64,000 bases of DNA, from positions 109,926,001 through 109,990,000 of the forward strand of contig OX597814.1 of assembly GCA_951406725.2 (NCBI GenBank), in the 5' to 3' direction. Below are positions 36,144-49,085 of the stretch, piece by piece. The notes under the pieces are model-generated. The model did not search any database and was not told the origin of the DNA. It worked only from the letters and a program-made list of their open reading frames with translations. Position numbers and translations under genes: made by a program. Origin of the DNA: Octopus vulgaris. Taxonomy: Eukaryota. The first letter of the stretch is position 1; the number at the start of each line of letters is the position of its first letter.

Positions 36144-36184
<41 letters not shown>

Positions 36185-36636
36185 TATATATCATCATCAT
36201 CATCATTATCATCGTTTAACGCCTGCTTTCCATGCTAGCATGGGTTGGACGGTTCAACTGGGGTCTGGGAAGCCAGAAGGCTGCACCAGTCCCATTCTGA
36301 TCTGGCAGTGTTTCTACATCTGGATGCCTTTCCTAACACCATGTATTTGTGTTTCTGTGTTTTTCCCTCCACCATGGCTTGACAACCGGTGTCGGTGTGT
36401 TTACGTCCCCATAACTTAGCAGTTCAACAAAGAGACCGATAGAATAAGTCCTGTGGGTCAATTTATTTGACTGAAAGTGGTGCTTCAGCACGGCCACAGT
36501 CAAATGACTGAAACAAATAAAAGAGTATATATATATATATAATAAATAGTAATAATGTGTTTTAAATGGCACAACAATGCACTATAATAACAGCAATTGA
36601 CTAAAATAACTGATGTAATTTAATCATCTATAGTCT

Positions 36637-36678
36637 GATATAATATTTTGGAATACAAAAATTCCTTCTTCAGATATC
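36637..36678 (-). ncRNA. Minimal hammerhead motif with G12 mutated
   Basis: GATAT-CTGAAGA-A-GGAAT-ttttgt-ATTCC-aAAA-TA-TT-ATATC. Stems I and II are perfect. Confidence 0.55.
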
Positions 36679-37473
36679 CCTAGGAATTGATCGAGTCACT
36701 GCTACAATTGATTTTCCAACGGCTTATATATATATATATATATATATAAGAGTGGCTGTGTGGTAAGTAGCTAGCTTACAAACCACATGGTTCCGGATTC
36801 AGTTCCACTGCATGGCACCTTGGGTAAGTGTCTTCTACTATAGCCTTGGGCCGACCAAAGCCTTGTGAGTGGATTTGGTAGATGGAAACTGAAACAAGCA
36901 TGTCGTATATATGTATGTATATGTTTGTGTGTCTGGGTGTGTTCCCCCAACATCGCTTCACAAACGGTGCTGGTGTGTTCACGTCCCTGTAACTTAGTGG
37001 TTCGGCAAAAGAGACCGATAGAATAAGTACTAGGCTTACAAAGGCTAAGTCCTGGGGTTGATTTACTTGACCAGAGGTGGTGCTCCAGCATGGCCACAGT
37101 CAAATGACTGAAACAAGTAAAAGAGTAAGAGTATATATATATATATATAATATATATATATAAAAACAACATTTAAGCATGGTCGTTGCCAGTGCTGACG
37201 GATTGGCTCCCATGCAGGTAACACATAAAAATCACGTTTTGAACAGAACCATCTGACTGGCCCTCGTGCCGGTGACATGTACAAGAACCCACTACACTCT
37301 CAGAGTGGTTAGCATTAGGAAGGGCATCCAGCTGTAGAGACTTTGTCAGATCAGATTGGAGACTGGTGCAGCCTTCTGGCTCACCAGTCCTCAGTCAAAC
37401 CATCCAACCCATGCAAGCATGGAAAGTGGATGTTAAATGACTATGATGATGATGATGATGATGATGATATATA

Positions 37474-37509
<36 letters not shown>

Positions 37510-39350
37510 GTATATATATAAGTTTGACATTTAATGTTGTCTCTTTTCTGTGGTGGCATAGGCTGGAAGGCTTGGCAGGAACTGGCAAGGTCAAGGGCCA
37601 CACCAAGTTCCATAGTCTGTTTTGACTTGGTTTCTACAGCTGGATGCCCTTCCTAATGCCAACCACTCCACTCTGTTGTTGTGGACAAGTCTTCTCAAGC
37701 ACTACAATGCACCACATACCTCAGTCCTCTGTCCTCTCCTTCATGAGGTTCAACGTTTTGAGATCAGCCTTCAAAACTTCTTCCCATGTTTCCTGGGTCT
37801 CCCCCTCTTCCTTAATTTCCTTCCACTTTAAGTGATCAGCACTTCTTTATACAGCTGTCCTCATTCATCTACATCACATGATCAAACCAGCTCATTCTTC
37901 TTTCTTGCACATTGCATCTAATTCCTCATGGAGAGAGAGAGACAGAGACCTTTGGTTGCCAACAGAGGTAAAAGTACTCTGAACTTTCTCCATCCTATTC
38001 TCTGTGTGTATGTGTGTGTGTATGTGTGTGTGTATATGTGTGTATGTGTATGCTTGTGTGTGTGCCATTGTTCTTAGCAGCAGTATGGCCTTACCCTCAG
38101 CCCCAGCCCCTCACTCCAATGTGTTGCTGCTGTCCTTAGACCTGAAAATTTGGTACTGTTCCTGTATCTCTCTGTGTTTGTGTGTTCACCCACGGTGTTT
38201 CCATCATGGTAGTTGTTGTTGTTGTTTTTGCCATCATTGTCACCACTGCTGCTGCTGTTATTGTTATTCATGTTGTTGATATTGTGGCTGTCTGTGAAAT
38301 TTCTTGTGTGTGCATTTGTGTGTGTGTTTGGGTTCATTTCGTATGTTGTTTGTATGCATGCCCCTTATATGGATTTATTTATTTATCTATTTTATTTATC
38401 TCTATTTGGTTAGAGTGTTGAGCTTATGATCATGAGGTTATGAGTTCAAATCCCAGACCAAGCTGTGTGTTGTCTTCTTGAGCAAGACACTTTACTTCAC
38501 GTTGCTCCAGTTCACTTAGCTGTAGAAATGAGTTGCAATGTTACAGGTGCTAAGCTGTATCAGCCTTTGCCTTTCCCTTGGATAACTCTGGTGGCATGGA
38601 GAAGGGAGACCAGCATGCATAGGCGACTGCTGATCTTCCATAAACAACTTTGCCCAGACTTGTGCCTGGGTAACTTTCTAGGTGCAATCCCATGGTCTGT
38701 CATGACTGAAAGGGGTCTCAAAGCTCAGCTATCTCTATTTCTTATATTTATTACAGGTATCGACTGGCCTCCATGCTGTGGGCACGTAACAAACACCATC
38801 CGATCATGGCCATTCGCCAGCCTCGTCTGGCATCTGTGTCAGTGGCACATAAAAAACACCATCCGAGCGTGGCCGTTCGCCAGCTTCGTCTGGCACCTGT
38901 GTCGGTGGCACGTAAAAAAACACCATCCGAGCGTGGCCGTTCGCCAGCCTCGTCTGGCACCTGTGTCGGTGACACATAAAAAACACCATCCGAGCGTGGC
39001 CGTTCGCCAGCCTCGTGTGGCACCTGTGTCGGTGGCACATAAAATCACCCACTACACTCTCGGAGTGGTTGGCATTAGAAAGGGCATCCAGCTGTTGAAA
39101 CACTACCAGATCTGACTGGCCTGGTGCAGCCTTCGGGCTTCCCAGATCCCAGTTGAACCATCCAACCCATGCTAGCATGGAAAGCGGACGTTAAACGATG
39201 ATGATGATGATGTATGTGACAAATATATTTATTATTTATATATTTATCTATTATTTATTTATTTATTTATTTATTTATTAAAATTTTTTTATTTATCTAT
39301 CTCTATTTCTTATCTTTTTCCCTTTCTCTTTTCTTCCCTTCTATCTTTAG

Positions 39351-39680
39351 TCATGTGGTATGGTGGTGTGTGTTACTGTTCCATTCATTTTTTCTACTGA
39401 AGCTCAGTCTGTCTACTGCTATGTATGTAGCCTCTGTGATCTGTCTAAGTGTCGTGTCAGTTCTATGTGTCAATAATACTTTAACCTCTATACTATTAAT
39501 CGAGCCTCCATGTTCTGTCTGAGCATGTTGGCAGAGCACTGACAATCTTTGCTCTTCTTTGAGCTCTCACCAATGTTCACCTATACACTCTCCTATGCTG
39601 CTTGGAGTCTCTCCAATGTAGGTAGTTATGTTTCTGCATCATCCCTCAGTACATCGCAAGCTATACACTACATTCCTAAC
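39351..39680 (-). mobile_element. Penelope-like GIY-YIG endonuclease remnant
   Basis: NVVYSLRC..YIGET..GEH..SVLCQHAQTEHGG..VKVL..RQITEATYI..KNEW. Confidence 0.7.
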
Positions 39681-40801
39681 CTTACATCATCATCGTTTAA
39701 TGTCTGTTTTCCGTGCTAGCACAGGTTGGACGGTTCGACCGGGGTCTGGGAAGCCAGGAGGCTGTACCAGATCCAGTCTGATCTGGCAGTGTTTCTATAG
39801 CTGGATGCCCTTCCTAACGCTAACCACTCCGTGAGTGTAGTGGGTGCTTTTTATGTGCCAGGGGAGGCTGTCAGCGGCCATGATCGGTTGGTGCTTTTTA
39901 CATGCCACTGTCACAGAAGCCAGACAAGGCGGTGCTGGCATCAGCCACGTTCGGATGGTGCTTTTTACGTGCCACCGGCACAGGTATCACAACTTCAATT
40001 TCCATTTGATATTTATTTTGATGTTGATATGCTTGACTCAATAGGTCTCCTCAAGCACAGCAGGTCTGTGTATGTATGTGGGTATATAAATGTCTATGTA
40101 TGTTTTACTCTTCCTTTCTCTCCTCTTCCAGATGTCATTACAGCTGGACGAGACTGTCTCTGCATAGTCAATATGACTGCTAAAATAGTTGCCAAAAAAT
40201 CTCACTCCAAACATACTTCCAACCACAATCTTTAAATCAAACAAAAAATAAAGAAGAGCAGACACAATTCATCTGATGGGCTTCCATACTTTCTGTTTAG
40301 CCAATTCACAAGGTTTGAATTGACCCAAAATTATGGCAGAGGATACGGATCTATACCATCTCAATCACAGATTTTTTAATTAATTTTTTTTAACTAAACA
40401 GTTTGAGACTTTGAATACTGGTAGAATTTCTCACGTAGAACACAGTTTACTCTGAACGTTTTTGACAAAATTTCTTATTGTAGAAGTTATTTTGTGTTAA
40501 AGTTGTCGTGTTTGGGTAATTTCAACCAATCAATAACGTGTATTCAGTTGAAGAAAGCTACTGCTGTTTGTGATAATAATCGGAGAGGAACAACTTCTGA
40601 GTCATCTCTACTAAATGTCACTAGTCTGTTTGGAGAATCAACACTATAGAGCAACAAGTCCACAGCTAGCTTTTTTGTTGTTGACGTATATGTAGTTTCA
40701 AAATGCCTTATTTTACAGCTATGAGATGTATTGTCATTGTCACGATTTTATCTTACTGTAATCAACAACAAACACATTTCGTTAATATAAAAGTCTTTAT
40801 T

Positions 40802-41030
40802 AAGGCGGTGAGCTGGCAGAAACGTTAGCATACTGAGCAAAATGCTTAGCAGTATTTCATCTGCCATTACGTTCTGAGTTCAAATTCTGCCGAGATCGAC
40901 TTTGCCCTTCATCCTTTTGGGGTCGATTAAATAAGTACCACACTAGGATTGATGTAATTGATTTAATCCCTTTGTCTGTCCTTGTTTGTCCCCTCTGTGT
41001 TTAGCCCCGCTGTAGGCAATAAAGAAATAA
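40802..41030 (+). mobile_element. SINE family A nested in the long-TIR element
   Basis: Full head and tail. Confidence 0.85.
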
Positions 41031-41174
41031 ATATAAAAGTCTTTATTACATTAAAAATAACATTATCGAAACATGAAGGTAAAACAAAATAAATAGTGGC
41101 TTATACACCAGAAAATATGGTAATTGTAGTGGCAGTGACATGTTTGCTCACTGGTTGCTAGTTGATAGTGTATA

Positions 41175-41450
41175 AGGGAGGGAAAGAGTAAGGAATGCAT
41201 GGTGCTGACAAGAAAGGAAGGAAAGATAAAGGTGACAAATAGAGAGAGGGACAGAGTAAGGAATGCATGGTGCTAACTAGAAAGGAAGGAAGCATAAAGG
41301 TGACAAATAGTGAGAGGGAAAGAGTAAGGAATGCACAGTGCTGACTAGAAAGGAAGGAAGCATAAAGGTGACGAATAGAGGGAGGGAAAGAGTAAGGAAT
41401 GCACAGTGCTGACTAGAAAGGAAGGAAGGATAAAGGTGACGAATAGAACA
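41175..41450. repeat. Purine-rich ~67-bp tandem repeat, ~4 copies
   Basis: gggaaagagtaaggaatgca..gtgctgactagaaaggaagga..ataaaggtgac repeated. Confidence 0.85.
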
Positions 41451-43855
41451 GAGTGGTAGCATTTAGTAGAGATGACCCGGAAGTTGTTCCTCTTCGATTA
41501 CTATCATAAACAACAGTAGCTTTCTTCAACTGAATACACATCATTGATCGGTTGAAATTACCCAAATACGACAACTTTAACACAAAATAACTTCTAAAAT
41601 AGGAAATTTTGTCAAAAACGTTCAGAGTAAACTGTGTTCTACATGAGAAATTCTACCAGAATTCAAAGTTTCAAACTGTTTAGTTTAAAAAATTCATTAA
41701 AAAAATCTGTGATTGAGATGGAACAGATCCGAAGATATTTCGCCAAAGTGCCATGCAGTGAAATTGATCCCTGAACCACATAATTGCAGAGTGAACATCT
41801 TAACCACATGGTTGAATGTAGTCCTATATGAAGGGTTGTGTCGACAGCAATATAGGCCCCCCGGCAAAGCAACATTGTATTGGATCTCTAGAGCTAAAGG
41901 ACTCCTAAGCCGTTACCTAGTGTTTTGTCCATTCATTAAGACTACCTATTATGTAGACATATACCGTCTGGGAAAGGCTGGATGGTCAAGGCCAGACCCC
42001 TTTTTGATCATGTTCTTTTAAATCAGGGTTTGACTTGAACCTAAATAGCAACAAAAATAACATTTTGCCAAAAATGGCAAGGACTAATGTCTTCCGAGTG
42101 ATTAGAGATCAAATGGTCAGTTTTGATTTGTTTCAATGTTGGCCGAATGACATAAATTAGAACGAAAGATACCAACTATTAAATGGAATGTAACAGAGGT
42201 ACAAAGGAAAGTGGATTAGGAGAATGCCATTGGTGGTAGTAGTAGGAGTGGTGGTAGAGGTGGTAGTAGAAGTGGTGGTAGAGGTGGTAGTAGTCATCAC
42301 TATTGTCATGCAGTCATCATGATTTTAGAGAATCAAATATTTCTTGTAATATTATTTCACTTAGACAGGATGGTGTTAATAATTCAGAATCACTTAATTT
42401 AAATAAATATTTATAGACGATCTGTCATCACTTGAAAGGAACCGTAATTGATTCAAACTCACTTTACGTATGACTTGTGCAAAATCTTTTAAAGGAAAAA
42501 GAAAAAGACAAACCAAACATTGAAAAAAAAATGGTTATATCAAAGATGGAACCATTTTGGGAAATATTTACTTTCAGGTGATTGGTTACTCTAAAGTGGG
42601 AGAGTAAATCATCTTGCCAGAAGCCATATTCCTTTTTCTTCTACGTTGTCTTTTATTTGTTTCAGTCATTAGACTGTGGCCATGCTGGAGCACTGCCATG
42701 AAGAATTTTTAACTGGCCTTACTGGCACCTGTGCCGGTGGCATTTGTAAAAAGATTCGAGCGAGGTCATTGCCAGTACTGCCTGACTGGCCCCCGTGCCA
42801 GTGGCACGTAAAAAGCACCCACAACACTCTCAGAGTGGTTAGCGTTAGGAAGGGCATCCAGCTGTAGAAACTCTGCCAGATCAAGATTGGAGCCTGGTGC
42901 AGCCATCTGGTTCGCCAGCCCTCAGTCAAAACCATCCAACCCATGCTAGCATAGCCTGGTACTTACTCTATCGGTCTCTTTTTGCCAAACTGTTAAGTTA
43001 CAGGGACATAAACACACCCACACTTGTTGTCATGATGTGGTGGTGATGGTGGTGGTGGTGGTGAGGTGTTGTCCAACACAGACACAAACACACATGGCAA
43101 GCTTCTTTCAGTTTCTGTCTACCAAATCTACTCACAAGTCTTTGGTCAGTCTAAGGCTATAGTAAGAGGCACTTGCTCAATGTTCCACACAATAGGACTG
43201 AACACAAAACCATGTCATTGGAAAGCAAACTTCTTACCATACATCCATGCCGGAACCCTTTGTGTCATCATCATCATTTAGCGTCTATTGTCCATGCTGG
43301 CATGGATTGGATGGCTTGACCAGGGCTGGTAAGCTGGAAAGCTGCACCAGACACCAGTCTGATTTGGCATGGTTTCCTGTGACTGGATGCCCTTCCTAAT
43401 ACCAACCACTCCAAGAGTGTAAGGGGTGCATTTACGTGCCAATTTGCGTGACACCAGTATTTGCCACAACTGTGATTTTGCTTGGTTTGATGGGTCTTCT
43501 TCTCAAGCACAACATAATGCTAAAGGTCTCAGTCATTGCTTCCATGAGGCCCAACACTTGAAAGGTGCCCTTTATGTGCCACCAGCATGGGTGCCAGTTA
43601 CATGACACCAGCATCGGCCATTATTATGATTTCACTTGGCTTGACAGGTCTTTTCAAGCACAGCATATTTGCCAAAGATCTTGGTCATTAGTCCTTGCCT
43701 CTGTGAGGCTCAAAGTTCAAAGATCATGCTTCACCACTTCATCTCATGTCTTCCTGGGTCTACCTCTACCACAGGTTCCCTCCACAGTTAGAGATCGGCA
43801 CTTCTTTATACAGCATTCCTTGTCCCTTTTTCCTTTAATCACAGAGTCCTTAACA

Positions 43856-43903
43856 TTCGTATACAGCTGCTATTTTGACCTTGTTGGATCTCATCAGTAT
43901 GAA
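43856..43903 (-). ncRNA. Type I hammerhead motif, CpG-decayed
   Basis: TTCATA-CTGATGA-GATC-caacaa-GGTC-aAAA-TAGC-a-GCTG-TA-TACGAA. Confidence 0.55.
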
Positions 43904-46900
43904 GAAGTTAGGTTTTATTAAATGTTATATTATATGAAATTATTATTACTAACTTTACAGAGGGAGTAAGAAGTATATATCTAGGGAAGTATGTGATGAA
44001 AATATTTCTTTACAGTAAAGGTATTATCATTCACAGTTCAATGTTAAGGTAAGGGAGAGAACATTACATTTGATTGGTTGGTTGTTCACCTCTATAGGAA
44101 CCTTTAGAGAAAAGATTAGACAACCTCTGTTGTTGCTTATTGATTGGTTTTGAGAAGAAAGAGATGATGATGAGGTACATAACCTTAATGTCTGGTTTAC
44201 ACCACCATGTGGTCCTTGGGGGAGTTGATTGAAGGCATTTTATTGCAAACATTTGAACCACTTTTCTTGTTCGAAGTTGTAGATTAATTTATTAACTTAA
44301 TTTTTCCTTTTTTCTTTTGTACAACTTTGCTGTTTTGCTGTGTATATTCAAATTTAATTAGATTCATTGGAATTTTGAAAATAATACACTAGCATTTTTA
44401 TATCTTATATACCTAGCTTTAAATTTGCTCTTAAAATTTTTTAAAATTTAATAATCAATAATGTGTTCAATATAATAAATTTTCAAAAAACAAAAAAACA
44501 TCAAATACACCATCCATACTATCTCATATAAATATATATAAATGAAAAAGCATCATTCGGGTGATTGGTCCTGTGCAGGTGGCACATAAAAAGTAACATT
44601 CCAGCATGGTCATTGCCAGTGCCACCTGACAGGTCCTTGTGCTGGTGGCACCTGAAAAGCACCATTCAAGTGTGGTTGTTGCCAGTGCCGCCTGACTGGC
44701 CCTTGTACTGGTGGCACATAAAAAGCACCATTCAAGTGTGGTTGTTGCCAGTGCTACTTGACTGGCTCCTGTGCTAGTGACACATAAAAACACCATTCAA
44801 GCGTGGCTGATGCCAGTACCAACTGACTGGCCCTTGTGCCAGTGGCACAAAAAAGCACCATTCAAGTGTGGTTGTTGCTAGTTCCGCCTGACTGGCTCCA
44901 CTCAAGTGTGCCTTAGTGCCAGTGGAATGTAAAAAAGCACCCACTACACTGTCAAAGTGGTTGATGTTAGGAAGGGCATCCAGCTGTAGAAACATTGCCA
45001 GATTGGATTGGAACCTGGTGCAGCCTCCTGGTTTGCCAGCCCTCAATCAAACTGTCCAGCCCATGCCAGCATGGAAAGCAGACGTTAAATGATGATGATG
45101 ATGAAGCAGTCACCACTATTTTGTTTCTCCTTCCAATTCCACTCTAGTTACTTATACCCAACTTTTTTTATATTATAAGTAGCCATGTAACTCCTCTGCT
45201 ACTGCTGCAAAAAAGAAAAAAAAAACAAGAAAAAAACACCCTGTACATTCTGTAAAGTGGTTGTCATTAACAAGGGCATCCGGTTGTGGGACCATGTTAA
45301 AGCAGGCATTGGAGCACAATGCAGTCCCTGAACCTGTTGGAGGCTGTCAAAACATCTAACCCAAGCCAACTTGGAAGATGGATATTCATTAGTGATAATG
45401 ATGGTGATGGTGTCGGGGTCGATAAATAAAGTACCAGTTTCGCACTGGGGTCGATGTAATCGACTTAATCCCTTTGTCTGTCCTTGTTTGTCCCCTCTAT
45501 GTTTAGCCCCTTATGGGTAACAAAGAAATGAGATATGACTGGGCATGGGGAAATACAGCTATACCTAGAAACAAGTGAGGGTTCATAACAAGAAGGACAT
45601 TCAGCCACAAAGTGTCTGTCTCAATAAACTTTGTCCTGCCTAAACAAGTATAGGAAAGGGGCTACTAAAACAACAAAATCTATGACAAATTTCTTTTGTT
45701 TTTTGTTATACATCAGTAAATTCATCATCATCATCGTTTAACGTCCGCTTTCCATGCTAGCATGGGTTGGACGATTTTGACTGAGGGCTGGCGAACCAGA
45801 TGGCAGTACCAGGCTCCAATTTTGATCTGGCAGAGTTTCTACAGCTGGATGCCCTTCCTAATGCTAACCACTCCAAGAGTGTAGTGGGTGCTTTATACGT
45901 GCCACAGCATGGGGGCCAGTCAGGTGGTTCTGACAATGACCTCGCTCGAATCTTTTTACACATGCCACCGGTACAGGTGCCAGTAAGGCGACGTTGGTAA
46001 CGATCATGCTCGAATGGTGCCCTTTTATGTGCCACCAGCACGGAAGCCAGTTGGCTGCTCTGGCAATGATCATGCTCGGATGGTGCTCTTGGCACCATGC
46101 AAATACCTCCATTTAACTGTTTTGGCTAACTTGATAAAAGTTTTCTTGTAATCAGCCTAAAATATGTTAAGTAATAGCTCCAATACTTATAAAGTTCGTT
46201 CCATATTATTTCCAGGAAATTTTGGGTGTGTTTTATTACTGATGTGCCAGCATCCTTCTTAGTTTTATCTAAAATAGACATCACTTAAACCATCATCTTC
46301 AATAGAGCACTAAAATACAAGAATGTATTTTTGTTTATTTATTTTGCATTCCTCTTGAAAAAAAATATGTAGATATAGCTTTTTTTTTTTTTTCATTCTT
46401 CTGACAGAGGTATTTTAAGATTTATGTGCAAACAAAATATGAGTTGTTGCTTAAATAATGTTTATTATTTTTTTCTATAATTCCACATTTTTATTTTATT
46501 CGTTATCAGCGGAATTTAGAATCATATTTTGAATTCAACATTCGTACTCTGCAATTTTGCTATTTCACCAGCTGGAATCAATAACTTTTCTAGTTATCTA
46601 TTCATAATCTCACATAATGAATATGCAGGAACTTTACGGAAAAAGAAAAAAAGGCAGAAAGAAAGAAAGAAGCCAAGTGAAGCAGGAATCTTTAAGAGAA
46701 ATATCAAATAAGTGTTAGCTTCTCTGTGCCAGAATGCACACCAGATCTCCACAATATCACCATACGTTCTGAACTAAACACTGACTAATGCTCTGAACCA
46801 TACACCATGAGGAGTTTTATAGCCTAAGCTATACACTGAATACCATTTTCAGGATGACAAGGTGAATACCTAAAGCAATTAAGTGCAAACAGAACTATAA

Positions 46901-47046
46901 TGATTAAATGCAGGAACTTTTCTCAGGAAAATTTGGTTATTTGACTGGGAACTACTGCTGCTGCTGCTTATAGTTGCTTATGGTGTAAGAGTAGAAGAGA
47001 AAGAGGGGGGAGGGAGAAAGAGGGTGGAAGAGAGAAAGAACGATTA

Positions 47047-47509
47047 CAGTAATCCCTCGACTATCGCTGGTGTTATGTTCCAGAACCTCCCACAGAAATA
47101 AATAAAATCTACAAAAATATAAATACTTGTTGGTCGCAGAAACCCGTGATCTACTGAGGAGTCTGTGATATAAATTTATATATACTAGCCAGAAAAATCT
47201 ATAGTGTACTGAGTGCACGATAGGTGAAGCGCGATGTACTGAGTGCACAATAGGTGAATCGCAATGTAGAGTGTGCGATAGGTGAACCGCGATGTGCTGA
47301 GTGTGTAACAGATGAACCGTGATGTACTGAGTGTGTGATAGATGAAGCGCGATGTACTGAGTGTGCAATAAGTGAACCATGATGTACTGGGTGTGCCACG
47401 ATAGGTGAACCGCAATGTACTGAGTGTGCAATAGGTGAAGCATGATGTACTGAGTGTGCGATAGGTGAACCACGAAGTACTGGGTGCATGATATGGCGAG
47501 GGATTACTG
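47047..47509. mobile_element. Tigger/pogo-type MITE with an internal 30-bp tandem array
   Basis: TA|CAGTAATCCCTCG ... CGAGGGATTACTG|TA, enclosing ~9-10 copies of gatgtactgagtgtgcgataggtgaaccgc at ~47204-47490. Confidence 0.8.
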
Positions 47510-48681
47510 TACTATGGGATGACCAAGGGGGTGAATATTGTTCTTCTTAAGGAGAGAGAATCACTTTTAGGTTTATATTTTTTTTATCTTGAGAGATCTT
47601 TTTCTCAGAAGAAAAAAATGGAAAGAAAGAAACCATGAGAAGCAAGAATCTTTTAGAGAAATACCAAATGAATGTTACCTTGTCTGTGCCAGAATGTACA
47701 TGAGGTTTCCACAATATAACAACACAATCCAAACTAAATGCTGATAAAGGCTCAAAATCACTCATCATGAAAAATTACAGGAGTTTTATCGCTAAACCCA
47801 CAGAATTTAGCTTTTAGCTTTTACCTTTTACTGATTTCAGTCATTAAGCTGTGGCATCACTTTGAAGAACTTTTAGTGAAATGAATTGACTCCAGGACTT
47901 TTTCTTTTAAGCCTGTACTTATTCTATCAATCTCTTTCACTGTACAGGGATGTAAACACCAACACCAGTTGTCAATCAGTGGTGGGGGACAAACACAAAC
48001 ACACACACACATACACATACACATGACAGGCTTCTTTTCGGTTTCTACCAAATCCACTCACATGGCTTTGGTCTTACTGAGACTATAGTAGGATACACTT
48101 ATGCATTGGGACTGAACCCGGAACCATTTTGTTGGGAACCAAGCTTCTTACCACCCAGCCATGCCTGTGCCTGTACATGCATACATACATATCATCATCA
48201 TCATCATCACATCATCATTGTAATCATCATCATCATCATCATCATTTAGTGTCCATTTTCAATGCTAGCATTGGTTAGATGGTTTAACTGGGGCTGGCAA
48301 GCCGGAGAGCTGCACCAGGCTCCAATCTGTTTTAGCTGGGCCTCTTTGGCTGGATGCCCTTCTTAACGCTAACCACTCCACAGAGTGTATTTGGTGCCTT
48401 GTATGTGTCACTGGCACTGGGTTTCACTTAATTTGGTATCTTCACAAGCACAGCAAATCATCAAAATAAATATATGTACAAAGGGCTTCCATACAATTTC
48501 CATCTACCAAATTCACTTTCAAGGCAGTGCAAAGCCTGAGTGGCCTGAGGCTGAAGTATGAGACAACATGTTGAAGGTATTACGCAATGAGACTGAATGC
48601 AGACCCATGCAGTTGTAAAGTGAGTGTCTTAAGCACACAGCTGTACCTGGGCCATTTCAATGAAAAATGTCTGAAAACTAT

Positions 48682-49085
48682 CTCTTTTACTTGTTTCAGT
48701 CATTTGACTGTGGCCATGCAGGAGCACCGCCTTTAGTTGAGCAAATCGACCCCAAGACTTATTCTTTGAAAGCCTTGTACTTATTCTATCGGTCTCTTTT
48801 GCCAAACCGCTAAGTTATGGGGACGTAAACACACCGGCATCGGTTGTCAAGCGATGTTGGGGGGACAGACACACAAACACACACACACACACATATATAT
48901 ATATACATATACATATATACGACGGTCTTCTTTCAGTTTCCGTCTACCAAATCCACTCACAAGGCTTTGGTTGGCCCGAGGCTATAGTAGAAGACACTTG
49001 CCCAAGGTGCCACGCAGTGGGACTGAACCCAGAACCATGTGGTTGGTAAGCACGCAACTTACCACACAGCCACTCCTGCGCCTAT
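48682..49085 (-). mobile_element. SINE family B, well preserved
   Basis: Full-length reverse-complement copy retaining CpGs. Confidence 0.88.

Larger units (their letters stand above)
40347..41730. mobile_element. Non-autonomous DNA transposon with ~275-bp TIRs (GGATC termini, ~8-bp TSD), inserted in a SINE B copy
   Basis: 40347-40622 is the reverse complement of ~41455-41730. The flanks gaggatac / gaagatat match the SINE consensus gaagacac duplicated. Confidence 0.85.

Noticed and set aside
46952-47473. 173-aa His/Thr-rich repetitive ORF
   Set aside because: Translation of the 30-bp tandem array inside the Tigger-like MITE.
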